From Lingula anatina (Eukaryota; Animalia; Brachiopoda), in assembly GCA_051362555.1 (NCBI GenBank), contig CM120643.1, forward strand, positions 4,712,001 to 4,776,000: 64,000 bases of DNA, given 5' to 3'. The position numbers were made by a program, and so were the translations under genes. This document shows positions 1 through 13,096 of the stretch, in pieces. How positions within the stretch are numbered: position 1 is the stretch's first letter; the number at the start of each line of letters is the position of its first letter. Below the pieces are notes generated by a model, which worked only from the letters and a program-made list of their open reading frames with translations, did no database searches and was not told the origin of the DNA.

Positions 1-400
1 CGTATATAGTGGTTGGAAAAGGAAAGCATGCTAGTTCGTACAGACTTAAGACGCAAGACAGGAAAACACTAAAGACGGCCGTTAGTGCTAAATTCCTAAA
101 GAAGTATAATGAAAGGGCGTAAGTATTAATAACACATAGCACAACTTTATTCTAAATATAAAACCATTTCTCTCAATAACATTTGACATTTTAATTAAAA
201 TTGTTTCCATTATGTATTATGTGGACAACTATAATGCAAGATTGTATCAACAATAAAGGATTTGATATCTACATGTGCTTTAAAATATATTTATAATGTG
301 AAACTATGGATTGTATTATTCTCATTTTAGACGAAGCACTGACACTGATGTTTCATCAAGTTTGCATGATGATGGAAATGCGGGTGACAACGGACAATGA
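1..400 (+). CDS. C-terminus of Ginger-like integrase/transposase (exons <1-118 and 331-400)
   Basis: Donor GC|GTAAGT after 118 and acceptor CTCATTTTAG|A before 331. The splice is in frame (A-RSTDTDVSSSLHDDGNAGDNGQ*), with TGA at 398-400 and AATAAA at 428-433. Confidence 0.55.
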
Positions 401-921
401 GGAGAAAAAACAATTACTATACTGATTAATAAAATAAACTTTTTTGTAAAATCAGGAAGTTCACCAATAGTATATATATATTATTAATAAATTTATATTT
501 CTTAAGTGATGTTCTTTCTCAATTACATACAAAATATAAACCTGCAGATTAAAGTTTATGAAATGCGAACAATGCACATTTATACTACGCGTTACACTTT
601 AACAGAGGTTAATGATGTTTATTTTACCTTAAATTCTTATAATTCTTCCCTCCATATCAGTTAACATCATGTTCAATGTTATATTTACATTGCAAGTTTT
701 AAGTGTTAGATTTCATTATTGCTCTTCAATGCGGACTTTCAGTATTAAAACGTAGGGTCCTAGGACTTTCCGTACTGAAATAGAGTGTCTAGGGGGACTC
801 TACATTTCAGAACATAGAGTCCGAGACCCGTTATTTCGATACATGGAGTCCGCCGGACTCTCAGTTTTAAAACACAGGGTCCGCCGGACCCTAGAATGGT
901 AGGACTCTGTGTTGCTTGACA
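1..921 (+). mobile_element. 3' part of a Ginger1-type DNA transposon (Gypsy-integrase-related), with an intron and a tandem-repeat terminal region
   Basis: Bases 3-118 translate to YIVVGKGKHASSYRLKTQDRKTLKTAVSAKFLKKYNER, resembling the GPY/F C-terminal module of Gypsy/Ginger integrases. Degenerate ~30-bp GGAC...GTCC repeats occupy ~730-910. The element ends ...TTGACA (921), followed by CCGG (922-925), the typical Ginger1 terminus and target site. Confidence 0.7.
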
Positions 922-1384
922 CCGGGGCCAAAACTCCTAAGGTCTGTGTTACTGATATCACCATTCTCGTCCAATGATTTATTTATTTATTTATTTGTTT
1001 TGGGCAATAACATGGTACATTTAAAAATGTAATATCCTTTTGAGAAATTCTCAACTTGTTGTTCAATATCGACATACTTAAAAGTTATCTCACTGATAAT
1101 TTTGCTGTTGTAGTTAGTATTTTCTTCCTTTCCAAATTTGTTAACGTGTCAAACCTACTTTTACTTAGCAAAGGACTCCATACAACATTGATTAAAAAGG
1201 TTGTCCCACCCCTAATTTCATGTGCTTTTATTTATATAAATAAATGATCATATCAGAGGAGTTAATTGCTATGAATGGTGATTTTCATTCTAGATACCAT
1301 AACTAACAGGATTTTTGTGTACATAAAATACAAACTAGCGGTAAAGATATCCATATTTAATACCATTTATTCGCATTTATTACA

Positions 1385-1650
1385 TGTACCCCCTCAGATC
1401 CAACGTTTCACTGTGATTTTCACAGAGGTAAAGAAATGCCCATTATATTGAAAAGACAGCACCAAATGTCAACAAATTTACACACACTGTAATTATCTCC
1501 AATAGACGGCGCGGCCTGCCTTCAACAAGGATGACAATTCTGTTTTGTTGAATTTTGCCCCATTCTTCCTAAAGCACTTGGGGGAGTTGGTCCAGATTAT
1601 TAGGAGTTTGGTTCTCCTTTGCATTGCACCCTTCAATTCATGCCACGGGC
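1385..1650 (-). mobile_element. Tc1-like transposase C-terminal remnant
   Basis: The minus strand reads WHELKGAMQRR / PNSNNLDQLPQVL*EEWGKIQQNRIVILVEGRPRRL, matching the Tc1 C-terminal pattern W..LK...L...L.EEW..I.......M.RRL, with a frameshift and a stop. Confidence 0.55.
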
Positions 1651-1666
1651 GCTCATGAGGCATATC

Positions 1667-1697
<31 letters not shown>

Positions 1698-2391
1698 GCA
1701 GCATGTTATGTATGTATAATTTTCACTTAATTAAGCTATCAATTTAATATTTTACAGAGTGAATTAGGCGGCTCACTTCAAAGCACACATATTGAAACAA
1801 TGAAGTCATTATAACTTGATCTTCATCTTGGTGCTTCTTTGGTAAAAAAGACCTCTTACATCTCCCTTCACCATTTAATATTTTCAACATAAGTTTTATT
1901 CATTAAAACCATTAAATTCCTTAAAGTGATATTGAAATCAAGAGATCACGAGCTTTTTCTTTTCAATATTACAATTCCATTAACTTGGTATCCTTAATTT
2001 GACAAAATTCAACCAGTCAAATTTGAGATTCGTTTCCAGTGTGCAGGAATCATGCATTCGTGTACTGAGAAGGAAAACCAATCTGAAACAGAGACCCGAT
2101 CCTAAAATAAGGACAACGTACAGCAGAGCTAGCAAGTCACATGTGGAACGAGTAGTCGACACAATGTGCCACAGGGGCACAGATACTACATTACAGATAC
2201 TACACGGTCTTGTTTTAAAAAGAAGTACCGACAGGATGCGACAAAACAACATGAATACTGTTACATCCATATGCAGCCTGTCAACGTAGCTCAACCTCCG
2301 ACTCCGTATACGAATAGAGCCAGATTCATAAACCCAAGCGGACCTGAAACGATCTTCCGGATCAATGGAAATCATCTATACCAGAAAACGG

Positions 2392-3350
2392 AATGATAAT
2401 AATAATAATAAGTTTATTGAGCACTAAATGATATGAATGCATTTGCAGGCTCTCTAGACTACATTATTTACACAATATATAAGGATATACAATTATATAT
2501 GTTTACATATGTAGTATGTTAAATTACACGTGTTAATGCATATTATGCTATAAGATTAACTAATTAAGCTATTCACAGCATTATTGACAATTAGTGGCTG
2601 TGATGTACTTAATTTCAGGTGAACTGTGTATTTTAACAGCAGTCTTTACAAATTCTGCTATTACTTTGAGACTTTTTTCACAGGGTGGATTAAGGAAAAT
2701 TGACAATATCTGATCACTGTCCTCTAGACCCACTACACTGATTTTCAGTAGTTCATCATGCATTCGTTGTCTTTCAACAGTGTATCTTGTACATTCTGTG
2801 AGGAAATGTTTTTCGTCCTCTACGCAGTTGCAAGCTTTACATTTCCTCTCATCAAGTGGAGTTTTATATGTATCGGCCCCTTTCTATTGCCAGGTCGTGG
2901 CCTCTTAGTCTAATTTTTGCCAGTGTTTTGATATCTAAGGGGGAGACACTCATTTTGATGTAATTTTCACATTCATAAGATTTTTCAATTGTTTTTTATG
3001 TCCTTAATTTGTTTGAGGTCCAGCTATTTAATTCCTACCAAAAGAGTTTTTCGATTTTTAAGTTCAATTTTTCTACTAGGTTTTCTATTTGATGTATTTT
3101 CTTTGGTGGGTTGCTATCTTCGGAGAAACCCCAACAACAGTGAAAAGATTGGATGGATTCTGTCCATGTGTTTCCCTTTGTATCTTGCTCAAGAATGTAC
3201 ACCTGCTTCACAATTCTATTATCTGGTAGTTGTTCCAGTCTAAGTCTATATCTTTGGACAAGTTTAGCTATAGTTGAAAAAATAGGGCACCTGCCGAGCT
3301 CGGCTCTAGACATTGTATTGCTAGCCTGCTTTCTTAGACCTAAAATAAGG
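2392..3350 (-). mobile_element. 5'-truncated non-LTR retrotransposon (CR1/L2/RTEX-like ORF2 C-terminus with 3' tail)
   Basis: The minus strand encodes SNTMSRAELGRCPI and TPLDERKCKACNCVEDEKHFLTECTRY (the C-terminal Cys/His motif of LINE ORF2). The 3' end has AATAAA plus a (TTA)n tail at ~2392-2420. Confidence 0.75.
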
Positions 3351-4057
3351 CCTCCTTTTTGACGTCCTCAACATTCTATATCACCGCCATCAGCCATGAA
3401 CCGCTAGGACAGGCAGCCCTGCGGCCGATATCCGGAGTACAATCAGTTTAATACAGATATTGCATATGATGAGAGAGAAATTTCGTTCCCTACAGATGAA
3501 TGGTCAGTTTGGATAAAGAATGGAGAAGATTCAGAGCTAAGTTTCATTTCGTGGAATGCTGGAAAAGGGCCGAGTTGCAAGATGCTAGATATTGTTTTTT
3601 AGATATAATAAATGGTCATGATTTGATTTTTCTAACAGAATGTTGACTGGTGATATGCCAATGGTATTGATGGGATACGGTTGTTATTTGTATCGGAGAA
3701 AATATTTACGTAATGGTGGAATAACGATCCTCTACAAAACCAAAATTAGCAAAATTTTCAAGAAGTAAGTGATATGTATAAAAGTACTATATGAATAAGA
3801 ATAGATTATGTACGCAATACAGTTGCACCCTTGAAACCTGTCTTTATAGCAGTATGCTACTTTCCTCCAGAAAACAGAATATTTTATAAAAGAAATGATG
3901 TTGCTTAATTTCAAACTTCAGAAGAGTCTTATTGCAAATATATTACGGAGGGTGAAGTGTTTGATCTGAATGCGTGTACTGGTAATGATGATAATTTTAT
4001 TAAAAATGACAGCTTAGATAAAGCGATCCGGGACACTTTAATGCCGATAATGACTTA

Positions 4058-4248
4058 GACCCCATTCCCATAGATTTTAGATCGATCTATCCCTGTGGGG
4101 AATCTTACTACAGTAAATTACTGTCAGCTCAGCCTACTAAAAGCTGTAGTGCGCGCTCGGCTGACTGCAATTTAGCGTGAACCCCCAGGGAGTTAGGTCG
4201 ATCTAAATCTAAATCTCTGGATCGATCTAAATCTCTGGGAATGGACCC
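4058..4248. mobile_element. PIF/Harbinger-like MITE (family A, copy 1)
   Basis: Imperfect TIR GACCCCATTCCCA...TGGGAATGGACCC with a 3-bp TSD TTA (4055-4057, 4249-4251). Related to 7889-8102. Confidence 0.75.
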
Positions 4249-4849
4249 TTACACGATGGATTACATGTAATGCAAAAGGAAAAATGCAGACGATGTGGTC
4301 AATTAATTCGGGCGTAAATTACTCTCCTTTTGCAAGACAGTGGGTATAAGAATAGTCAATGCCAGGCACAGAGATGATAAAACTGGGAGCTCTACCTTTT
4401 TTTAAACTCAAACGAGTTAGCTGAATCTAAATCTTTTACTAATATTGCGAAGTTTTCATCTGGCACATTGAACACCTATTCTGATCATGCACCAATCACG
4501 TTAACCCTGCTTAGAGAACATTCAGAACAGATGATCATCGGATCTGCTAATAATCGGATCAAATATGGCGGACCCTAGATGAAAGCAAAAGCTCTTAATT
4601 CCGTAATGGTCCCCCACCTCCTTGCAGGGCCTAGCAATTAAACCTCGTAATCCACGAAAAAATCACAAAATCCTGTTAGACAAAAATCAGTAATAAAAAT
4701 ATTTGTAAACAGTGAAAAAGAAAATATAGCCGTTTTGAAGGTGATATGTTAGAATATACCAGAAAACACAACCCGCGAGTTTTTATAAGCTATTCTCACA
4801 CAACAAAAGTGCTAATATTAATTCGGAACTTACTATCGACACACTCTAT

Positions 4850-5023
4850 GGCCCCATTCGGAATAGGGGACTAACTAGTCCGAGGGTCAAATATGGCCGA
4901 CCAACTTGAATACATCCTCACGTTATATCTATATAGTGTCTATTAGCGGCTTAGACAGCAAGCTTTGCAGTGGGTCGCCATATTTGACCTCGTACTAGTT
5001 AGTCCCCTATTCTGAATGGGACC
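4850..5023. mobile_element. PIF/Harbinger-like MITE (family B)
   Basis: ~50-bp inverted termini GGCCCCATTCGGAATAGGGGACTAACTAGT...ACTAGTTAGTCCCCTATTCTGAATGGGACC with TSD TAT. Removing it restores the LINE reading TLYDYF. Related partial copies at ~4512-4575, 9993-10240 and ~27819-27862. Confidence 0.8.
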
Positions 5024-5794
5024 TATGATTATTTTTAAAACATAACGACTGGTGAAAAAGATTGTGACATACGCGAATTAGACTCTAATGTAGGTTTATG
5101 TACTGAGACAATGTTTAATGAAATAGACAGTCCCGTGAGTGACAGTGAGATCGTTGCTGCAATTAAAAAACTGGAAAGTAGAGCTGTGCCAATTAAGGAC
5201 TGTATGACAGACGAAAATTTTACACACTATAAAGATATTTTACTACCGGCGTTAATAATTTTGTTTAATTCAGTATTAGACTCAAGATACTTTCCAGAGA
5301 CTTGGTGTACAAGTTGTATTATACCTTTACATAAATAGGTTGATGATCCTCGTAGTTATAGGGGAATTACAATAACTACATGTAAGTTGTCTAGGGAAGT
5401 TGCTTCTTTCATCCTTAATAATAGGCTAGTAGCTTCGGATAAAGACAATAGTGTTACAACCGATGCTCAATTTGAATTCAAAGCATAGATGGTACTGCTA
5501 CAACACGTGATGAGTCGTACTTTAAGGAGTAAGAAGCAATTATGTTATTATCTATGAAGGTAAACTATTAGAATATTTTCAAATATATACAGTCTCTTAC
5601 AAGGAGAGGTAATGTCCCCTAGCTACTTTACACTTCATATGTAAATGATTTCGAAATTTTTGTTTATCGGAAGGTTGAGACAGTGTAGAAATACAGGACA
5701 TAAACCTATTTTTACTTATGTATGCTGATTACACTCTACTTTTATCAGAAACTCCTCAAGGATTACAAAAACTATTAGATACCCTTCAAAAATA

Positions 5795-6410
5795 GGGGAG
5801 ACTGGGGCTAGTTGGCCCAGTTAGACACTTTTGGCCTTGTAGAGCCAACTAGGAATGAGTTCGAGTAACAAAACCCGTTTCAATTAAAGTAAGCCCCATG
5901 AACTTAGCTACAATGTACGTCAATGTCATAATTTTTCAAATATAATGTCAGATGGCTCAAAATTTGACAAAAAAAACGCAATTGACGCCAGGGTCGGGGC
6001 AAGTTGGCACCCTATACGAAAATGAAGTAAGTATCCCATGTAAACGCCCTGAAATACATTTTTACACATTTTTGATTTATTAAATTGATTTTTTACTCTT
6101 TGATGAATAAATAGTTTAAATGAGGCAGATTTATTGAGGTTTCTGTACGCCACGCTGTATGTGTTGCAAAAATCAAAATATCTATTTATAAAACTTGTTT
6201 TGTTTTAATTAAGAATAAACTAATAATGGTATAAAGCAGGTTTTTAATGAATGAAAACGAATAATAAATTTTCGTTTTAAAAGAAACTAACAAATTCAGT
6301 TTTAAACTGATAATTATCTAACAGACCATTGAGTTTGTTTTAACAATGGTCCATAGCTTTGTTGTGCGCAAAGGGTTGTGGTCTATATGAGGGGCCAACT
6401 AGCCCTGGGT
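5795..6410. mobile_element. Non-autonomous DNA transposon (probably Tc1/mariner-pogo type)
   Basis: The left end is TA-GGGGAGACTGGGGCTAGTTGGCCC, with the inverted GGGCCAACTAGCCC at 6392-6405. An internal repeat GGGGCAAGTTGGC lies at ~5996. Confidence 0.55.
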
Positions 6411-6416
6411 ACACAT

Positions 6417-6805
6417 TTATTTCCTCCGCCAAGGAGGTTATGTTTTTCTGTCTGTTTGTCATCAACATAACTCAAAAAGTTATGGACCAATTTTGATGAA
6501 ATTTTCAGGAACTGTCAGAAGTGGGCCAAGGAACAGATGATTAGTTTTTGGTGGTGGTCCAGATCAATAATCAATCAATAATCAAAAAACTAAGTTATAA
6601 ACCGATTTTGATGAAATTTTCAGGAACTGTCAGAAGTGGGCCAAGGAACAGATGATTAGTTTTTGGTGGTGGTCCAGATCAATAATCAATCAATAATCAA
6701 AAAACTAAGTTATAAACCGATTTTGATGAAATTTTCAGGAACTGTCAGAAGTGGGCCAAGGAACAGATGATTAGTTTTTGGTGGTGATCCGGATCAATAA
6801 TCAAT
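6417..6805 (+). mobile_element. Helentron/DINE-like non-autonomous element with an internal 115-bp tandem repeat (~3 copies)
   Basis: It starts TTTATTTCCTCCGCCAAGGAGGTTATGTTTT with a short CTGT microsatellite. GATGAAATTTTCAGGAACTG recurs at 6495, 6610 and 6725 (period 115). Confidence 0.65.
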
Positions 6806-7020
6806 CATGGATATTTGTTATTTCTATTCCATCCTTCCCCCTCAATTTAAATATCGATTTCTCACAATAATTCCTTTTTTCTAAATTAAGAAAATATTTT
6901 GAGCTTTTTTCTCCTTCTACTTTCAATTTTGCTTTTGCCCTTAAAATAATCCCCTCAATTTTTTTGTCACATATACTTTTTAATTCATCTTCTTTTCCTT
7001 GAATTGCCAACCAAATGGTC
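6805..7020 (-). mobile_element. L1/Tx1-like ORF2 fragment
   Basis: EGIILRAKAKLKVEGEKSSKYFLNLEKRN matches the L1/Tx1 motif RSK..W.EEGEK.SKYF.NLEK. Confidence 0.75.
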
Positions 7021-7137
7021 TCATCATCCCTGTTGTTTAGAGTCATGTGTATTAATGTTGATAAAATACAGAGAAACAGGCCCCAAAACAAAAATTCTAA
7101 ATCTTGTACATATGTACCCCTAGCCTTTGTACCATTT

Positions 7138-7181
<44 letters not shown>

Positions 7182-7888
7182 ATAGGCCTATATGTTTGTA
7201 ACAAACATTTTATTTTCTCATGTCTTCAGCTTTTCATGTTTGGAAAAAAAAGCTAATTTCATACTATATTTGCAACTTCATATTAATGTACAGGTAATAA
7301 AGTAATTTGAGTGCAGTAGCAAAATCTTTTTGTCCCTGTACATGTGCAGTTGTGTCCTAGTGTAACTTTTGAAAGAGTATAAAAGTTATATTTCAGGAAA
7401 TTTATTTTATAAAAATAATAATGAAAATGTCCAAGTGTCTGGCTTTAACTGAATTAGAATAATAATGTTTAGGAAAATTGGCTTGTGAAGAAAAAATGTC
7501 TTTTTGTATTTGCTTTGGAAACATGTTTTACGATACAAATTACAAAATACTGTATAAAAAGAGATTGGAGTGAATAAAACATTAACTGGAACTCTACACT
7601 TTGGTTGTATTATTTCTTTCTTGATATATTGCTGTCAGTCAGAGAGATCCCGACACAAATGGACTAGAATTTGAACTAGTCTTATAAACTCCTAAAGATA
7701 GTCCTAAATCAACCTATTGATACTTAAATTAATACGCAAAAGCAACTTTTAAGAGATCTTTATGTGGAAGAATAGAAGTTTGTTAACTTAAATCTTATAA
7801 CGTAACGTTTACTTTATTGTTAATTGATTTATCCACTGAGAACAATTTCTTTGAGAATCATGGTTTGTTGACATTAAGTACACTCATA

Positions 7889-8102
7889 GACCCCATTCCC
7901 ACAGATTATATCGATCCCAACTAGATCGACCTAACTCCCTGGGGGTTCACGCTAAATAGCTGTCAGTCGAGCGGGCACGAAAGTTAATTACCCCCTTACA
8001 GCTTGTAGTAGGCGGGACGGACATTTAAGCCGGATTATCTGACAGATATCTAGTGAGACTCCCCACGGGGATAGATCGATCTAAATGTCTGGGAATACGC
8101 CC
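7889..8102. mobile_element. PIF/Harbinger-like MITE (family A, copy 2)
   Basis: GACCCCATTCCCA...TGGGAATACGCCC with TSD ATA. The internal sequence is the reverse complement of the 4058-4248 copy (CTAACTCCCTGGGGGTTCACGCTAAAT). Confidence 0.7.
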
Positions 8103-9344
8103 ATAGACATACAAGTCAGGAGGCCCACTTGGGGAGAGACCTACATGAATTTTTTTCTTCTTCCTTAAACTTTTGTTTTTAAGTTGACCTACTTCTCTTT
8201 CCCAGTTATATAGAAGTAGGCTGTGCATATCAAATATCATTTTTCAGGTAATATGACACTTTGTCCTCATTTCCAAGTTATACACTTTGAAATTATATAG
8301 TGGCATTTGGTCACCTTTCTGTTGAAAAGTTTACTTCATATGCACCTTTAAATTTTTCTTGCCTCCCTTACATTCCATGGAGATCAACCCCAGATTGAAA
8401 TGATTTAAGGTATTTTTGTAAAATTGCTTGTTTATTTTCTGTACAGAACAGAACTACAGAACTTGAATGGAACTGAAGAATTCCTGAAGATTGCCAAAGA
8501 GATTGCCAAAGAAAAAACAACAGTGAGGCTTCAGACAATCGTACAGATAGATAAGTATCTGTCAGTCTCAAACAAATTACAACACAAATTGATCGTGGTA
8601 GCTATAAAAAGAACACAATGCATTTTGATCTATTTTATCTGGGATTGATTCAAAAGAATTGTTATGGAATTTGGAAACAATATCAACTCAGGCTTTTACT
8701 ACATTAAACTTCTAGTAAGATGATCCTTTGCAACTCACAAGGATAATTTCAAATCATTTCAAAGTCCAATCAATTAATGGTAATCACAGTTCACTACAGA
8801 CTAAGCCAGTGTTAACAGATGCTCAAGTAAAACAATAAATATTTGTAAAAGGATATGTCTGTTTTAACATTAACTAAGATCTTTGATAAGTATTTTAAAA
8901 TGGAATTAATTGATGAGTGAAAGTCAGTATTCACTAATCTCATGCACACCTTGAAACAATTAATATTTGTAAAAAATGTCCGTTTTAACATCATTTATGA
9001 AGATAAATGCACTTTTCTTTACACATAGATTAATTACGTTTACCTTAAATAGAGAGACAGTATTTACTAGATCCTCAACTTATATAAATTATTAAAAAGG
9101 AATAATTTTGAAGACTTCCTTCACATCTCTTTTAGCAAAGTTCAAAATAAATAACACAAGAGAGCCAGTTTTCACTATACACTCAATTAATAAAAAAGAA
9201 AACATGATAATTTTGAAAAACAAGTCTGATTTAACATCTGTGATGGCATCTTCACTTTTCTATGAACAAAACCATGATTTTGCAGACAATCCTCCACATC
9301 AATCCACTTTATTCTCTTGTCCAGCTCAATACTGAGAACCTGTT

Positions 9345-9505
9345 TTTCTGCTGTTGAGCTGTTTACGTCCCACCTGATGGAGCCACTGCTGTAATGCTGT
9401 TTGTCCCACTAGATGGAGCCACTGCTGTAGAGCTGTTTGTCCCACCAGATGGAGCCACTGTTGTAGAGCTATTTGTCCCTACAGATGGAGCCACTGTTGC
9501 AGCGT
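9345..9505 (-). repeat. 36-bp tandem repeat (~4 copies), in frame on the minus strand (TAVAPSGGTNSS-like)
   Basis: The unit GAGCCACTGCTGTAGAGCTGTTTGTCCCACCAGATG repeats with variants. Confidence 0.8.
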
Positions 9506-12013
9506 TACTTGAACGTTGGGAGGACTGAGCTGGTTCAGGAGGGAACTATGATATATTCATCTGAAATGAAACCAATAATTGTATCACAATAAATATTTTC
9601 ATGAATAGTTTTTAAATGTTTATTCACTCCACCAGTTAGATCTACAGTATACACAAAGACACACACACTCAGACAATATATAACATCTGTTCTAATTTAT
9701 ATTAAAAAAAAAAAAAAAAAAACATTTGAAACACAGCCCCATAGGTGGGGGATTCCAGGGGTTTGAAACAACTGCCCTTCTTTGCTGGGGAAAGGTCTGC
9801 TTTGGGGAATTTATGATGTAAGCACATGAAGGCTCCTTGGAAAAAGGTCCACTTTTTTAGAAAATTGCAATGTGAACATTTCAGCTTGACATATGCTGTA
9901 AATATTTGGATGATGATGAAATATTACAGATTGCAAACACAAATGAACAAAATATCAGAATCACATTTTCAGTATCTACAACAAGTACCTATGGGGCCAT
10001 TCAGAATAGATGATCCGAGTACTAACTGATCTGCCGACTAAATGTGGCCGACCCCTGGCCTCTTCAAAAGTGATGCCGCCAAGTCCATGAAACCATTAAA
10101 CAGGTTACATCTGAGCTCTGAGGTTTAATCACTAGGCCCCTGCAGCAACAGCATGTGTGAAGGCGGGGAGATCATCAGGTTTCAGCAGCATTGCATTTGA
10201 AGTGTGATCGGCCATTTTTAGTCGGCGGATCAGTTAGTACTTTTTAATAAAAGGTCTCACTAGCATGGGAATTCTCTCCATTCAAATTGATTCTGATCTA
10301 TTTATCTTAAGCCTTGGGCAGAAGTTTGTTTCTTAATGGACTTAAAATGTTCTGTTGAGAGATTCTTGTCTTAGCCTCTTTTGTGAATGGGACAGGTCAA
10401 GCAGAAATGTGCCGCACAAGTACCTGATTACTGCTGTCATTCCAAATTTGCAAATGACACAATGCTGGATGGAAATTAAAAAGAAACTGACAAAATATGG
10501 ACCTGTTTTTTGTATCTTTGAGCAGGCTCACAAAAGTCTGCAGTAAAACTGTCTTCACAATGATACAACTTATTTTAAGTAATGACCTGGGTAAATATAA
10601 TCCCTATTAACCTTATGTGCACTTTTCATATATTGGGCAAGCGACAATACATATTGCGGGGCAGGGCTAACACAGCTAATTAAATACAGGTAGGAGTGAA
10701 GATGTCCATGCCCAACGACCTGATGCTGGCAGAACTTGGCTCTTAATTCTAAGTACTGACCTGGTAACCTTAAATATAATGTCTATAAGCCTTATGAGTA
10801 CTTTCATATATTGGGCAAATGACAATGTGCACATTGTGGCTTGATATAACTGAAATATGCAGTGTTCCAGACACTGACAATTTGGTCGGCCTGAGCTTAA
10901 AGTAACTAGCACTGTTTAAAAAGATATGAATTTTGATTGGGGCAATTGAGTTTCTTTACTCCCCCCCCCCCCCCCCCCCCCACACACACACACAATTTAA
11001 AATTATTTATTTAGAATCCACCCCCACCACCACACATATGAAAAATGTGTGATCCCTCCTTCCCCTGTTTTTAAATTTTGGAATGAGCTTAAGTAGATTT
11101 TTTGTTTCGTCAGTTTGCTGATGTCATTCCCTGAGTGTACTGTACATGAAAAGAGACCAAATCTATAGAATTATCAACGCACTTTGATTCCATCTTGGGA
11201 GTTCAATCCCCTTCTGTTACTAGCCAGTGAAAACAGATATTACTTTTAGGGCTCATTTCCATTAAAAGTATTGCTCAAAATCAAGAAGAGGAATATTTTC
11301 CTGTTAAACCGATTGCATTCAGCGAGTCCTCGCGGAGTTGGACCGATATTTTCAACTGGAATGAACTCTCAATTTTGTCGTTTTTCATACAGTACTACTA
11401 AAAAGTTGAAGTACGTACTATACACTTATATGCACTGTTGGGCGAATAAAACCACAAGTTATAACATGGTGAAGAAGCTTTTATGTAAGTAATTGTTATG
11501 AATAATTAAATGAAATATCAAACACTTGCTCGGCGACAAAAATACGAAATGACTGAAGAATGATCGATGGAGATACATGTATGTTGTGAAGTTAACTTAC
11601 GGTTCAGTTACATTGCACAAAGATCCATGTCTACTCCAAGCCAACAGGATTTGTCGCCAATAATTGTGCGACATTTTGCACACTCGGAAACTATCCGTAT
11701 ACGACAGCTGCATTGGTTTCCATCGTTTCAGCACCTGTTTTCTGTAAACTGTAGCGGCGTCTGCTTTCCCCGCCTTCGCTCCTCCAAGTCCGCCAAATTA
11801 AAGATTTTTTCGAAGTTTTGATGTGTAATATAACAGCAAAAAATGTTTTTATATCAATGCAGTTATGCTTTGATATAAAGTGGTTTATGTTTAAATTATT
11901 TATAATTGCAGATTTCAATATGAGATTCAATCAAGATGTAAATATATAGCCGAGACAAATATTTCAGGAAAATTCTAGCTCCACATGTCTGCTTTATTTT
12001 TCACTGATTTTCG

Positions 12014-12463
12014 GGGGCCGTAGCGATAGTCCGAAGGTTCATTGGTCCGAAGGTTCAATGGTCCGAATGTGCATTGAAGGTTCATTGGTCCGAAGGTTCG
12101 ATAGTCCGAAGGTTCATTGGTCCGAAGGTTCATTAGTCCGAAGGTTCGATAGTCCGAAGGTTCGATAGTCCGAATGTAGGCCCGCTGTATAAGTGTATAG
12201 TGAATTACATGTACAGGGGCGGATCCAAGATTATTTGAAGGGGGGTCCGCGGTTGCAAAGCCCCCACCCCCCTTGGCGTAGGATCTGGGGCCCGCTAAAG
12301 GGCCCCGAAAATTGTTGGTGTCTCAAAATGACCACCTATTTATCTAGAGACACATCTGTGAATATCTGTAAAAAATCTATCAGTCGCCCTGGTAGAGGTT
12401 TTAAAAGTTAGGTCTGCACGGGCAAAAATAACGTCAATACTAGCATATTACATTAGTTACAAA

Positions 12464-12494
<31 letters not shown>

Positions 12495-12744
12495 AGATCT
12501 TGATGTTTTTCATGGGATTGGAAGTTGACGATATTTAACTGCAAAGGTTTATTTTGTAAAATCAAATGGAAATTTTCTCACGAGTCACAAGTGTATCTAC
12601 TTTTTGCAGAGTACGTTTTTCTTCGTTTAAATGAATTTGTTACAAAGACAGCATTTTTGATGTTGTTCATCAGATTAGAAGTTTAACTGTTTTAGAATAT
12701 TTCAACATGTTCAAACTGCCTTCTCACTTGTATTTTACGTTTAA

Positions 12745-12775
<31 letters not shown>

Positions 12776-13063
12776 ATAGGCCCACCGGGTTGATATGGCG
12801 TTGCCACATTTCTATTCAGATTATAAACGTTTCAGCACCTTCAGTATTGCTGGGGAAGAGGGGGTGGAATTAAATATGTATTACTATTTGTGGATATTTG
12901 AGCATTGTATTCTGATACAATTTTTATGTTTAAAGGCCTAGTAAGGGAAAAGCTTGTTTTCGTAAATGCTCGTAATTTTTGTTTATATGCCAAGTTTACA
13001 CTCCAGTTAATTCATCCTCATCCCTATGAGTAATAGGCCTACAATACTGCTGGCGGAACGGCT

Positions 13064-13096
<33 letters not shown>

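Larger units (their letters stand above)
3537..5790 (+). mobile_element. Decayed LINE ORF2 (APE endonuclease + reverse transcriptase), interrupted by MITEs
   Basis: Motifs appear in the expected order: LSFISWNA, HDLIFLTE, AVCYFPPE, DLNACTG, SDHAPI (endonuclease), then EIVAAIKKL, FPETWCTSCIIPLHK, DDPRSYRGIT, QGEVMSP, LLMYADY, ETPQGLQKLLD (RT). There are multiple stops and frameshifts. Confidence 0.85.

Noticed and set aside
1980-2396. Overlapping 76-131 aa ORFs
   Set aside because: No recognisable motif, and they abut a LINE tail, so probably repeat debris.
12820-12850. Hammerhead-like CTGAAGG-TGCT-GAAACGTT on the minus strand
   Set aside because: The core is CUGAAGG rather than CUGANGA, and no stem I is evident.
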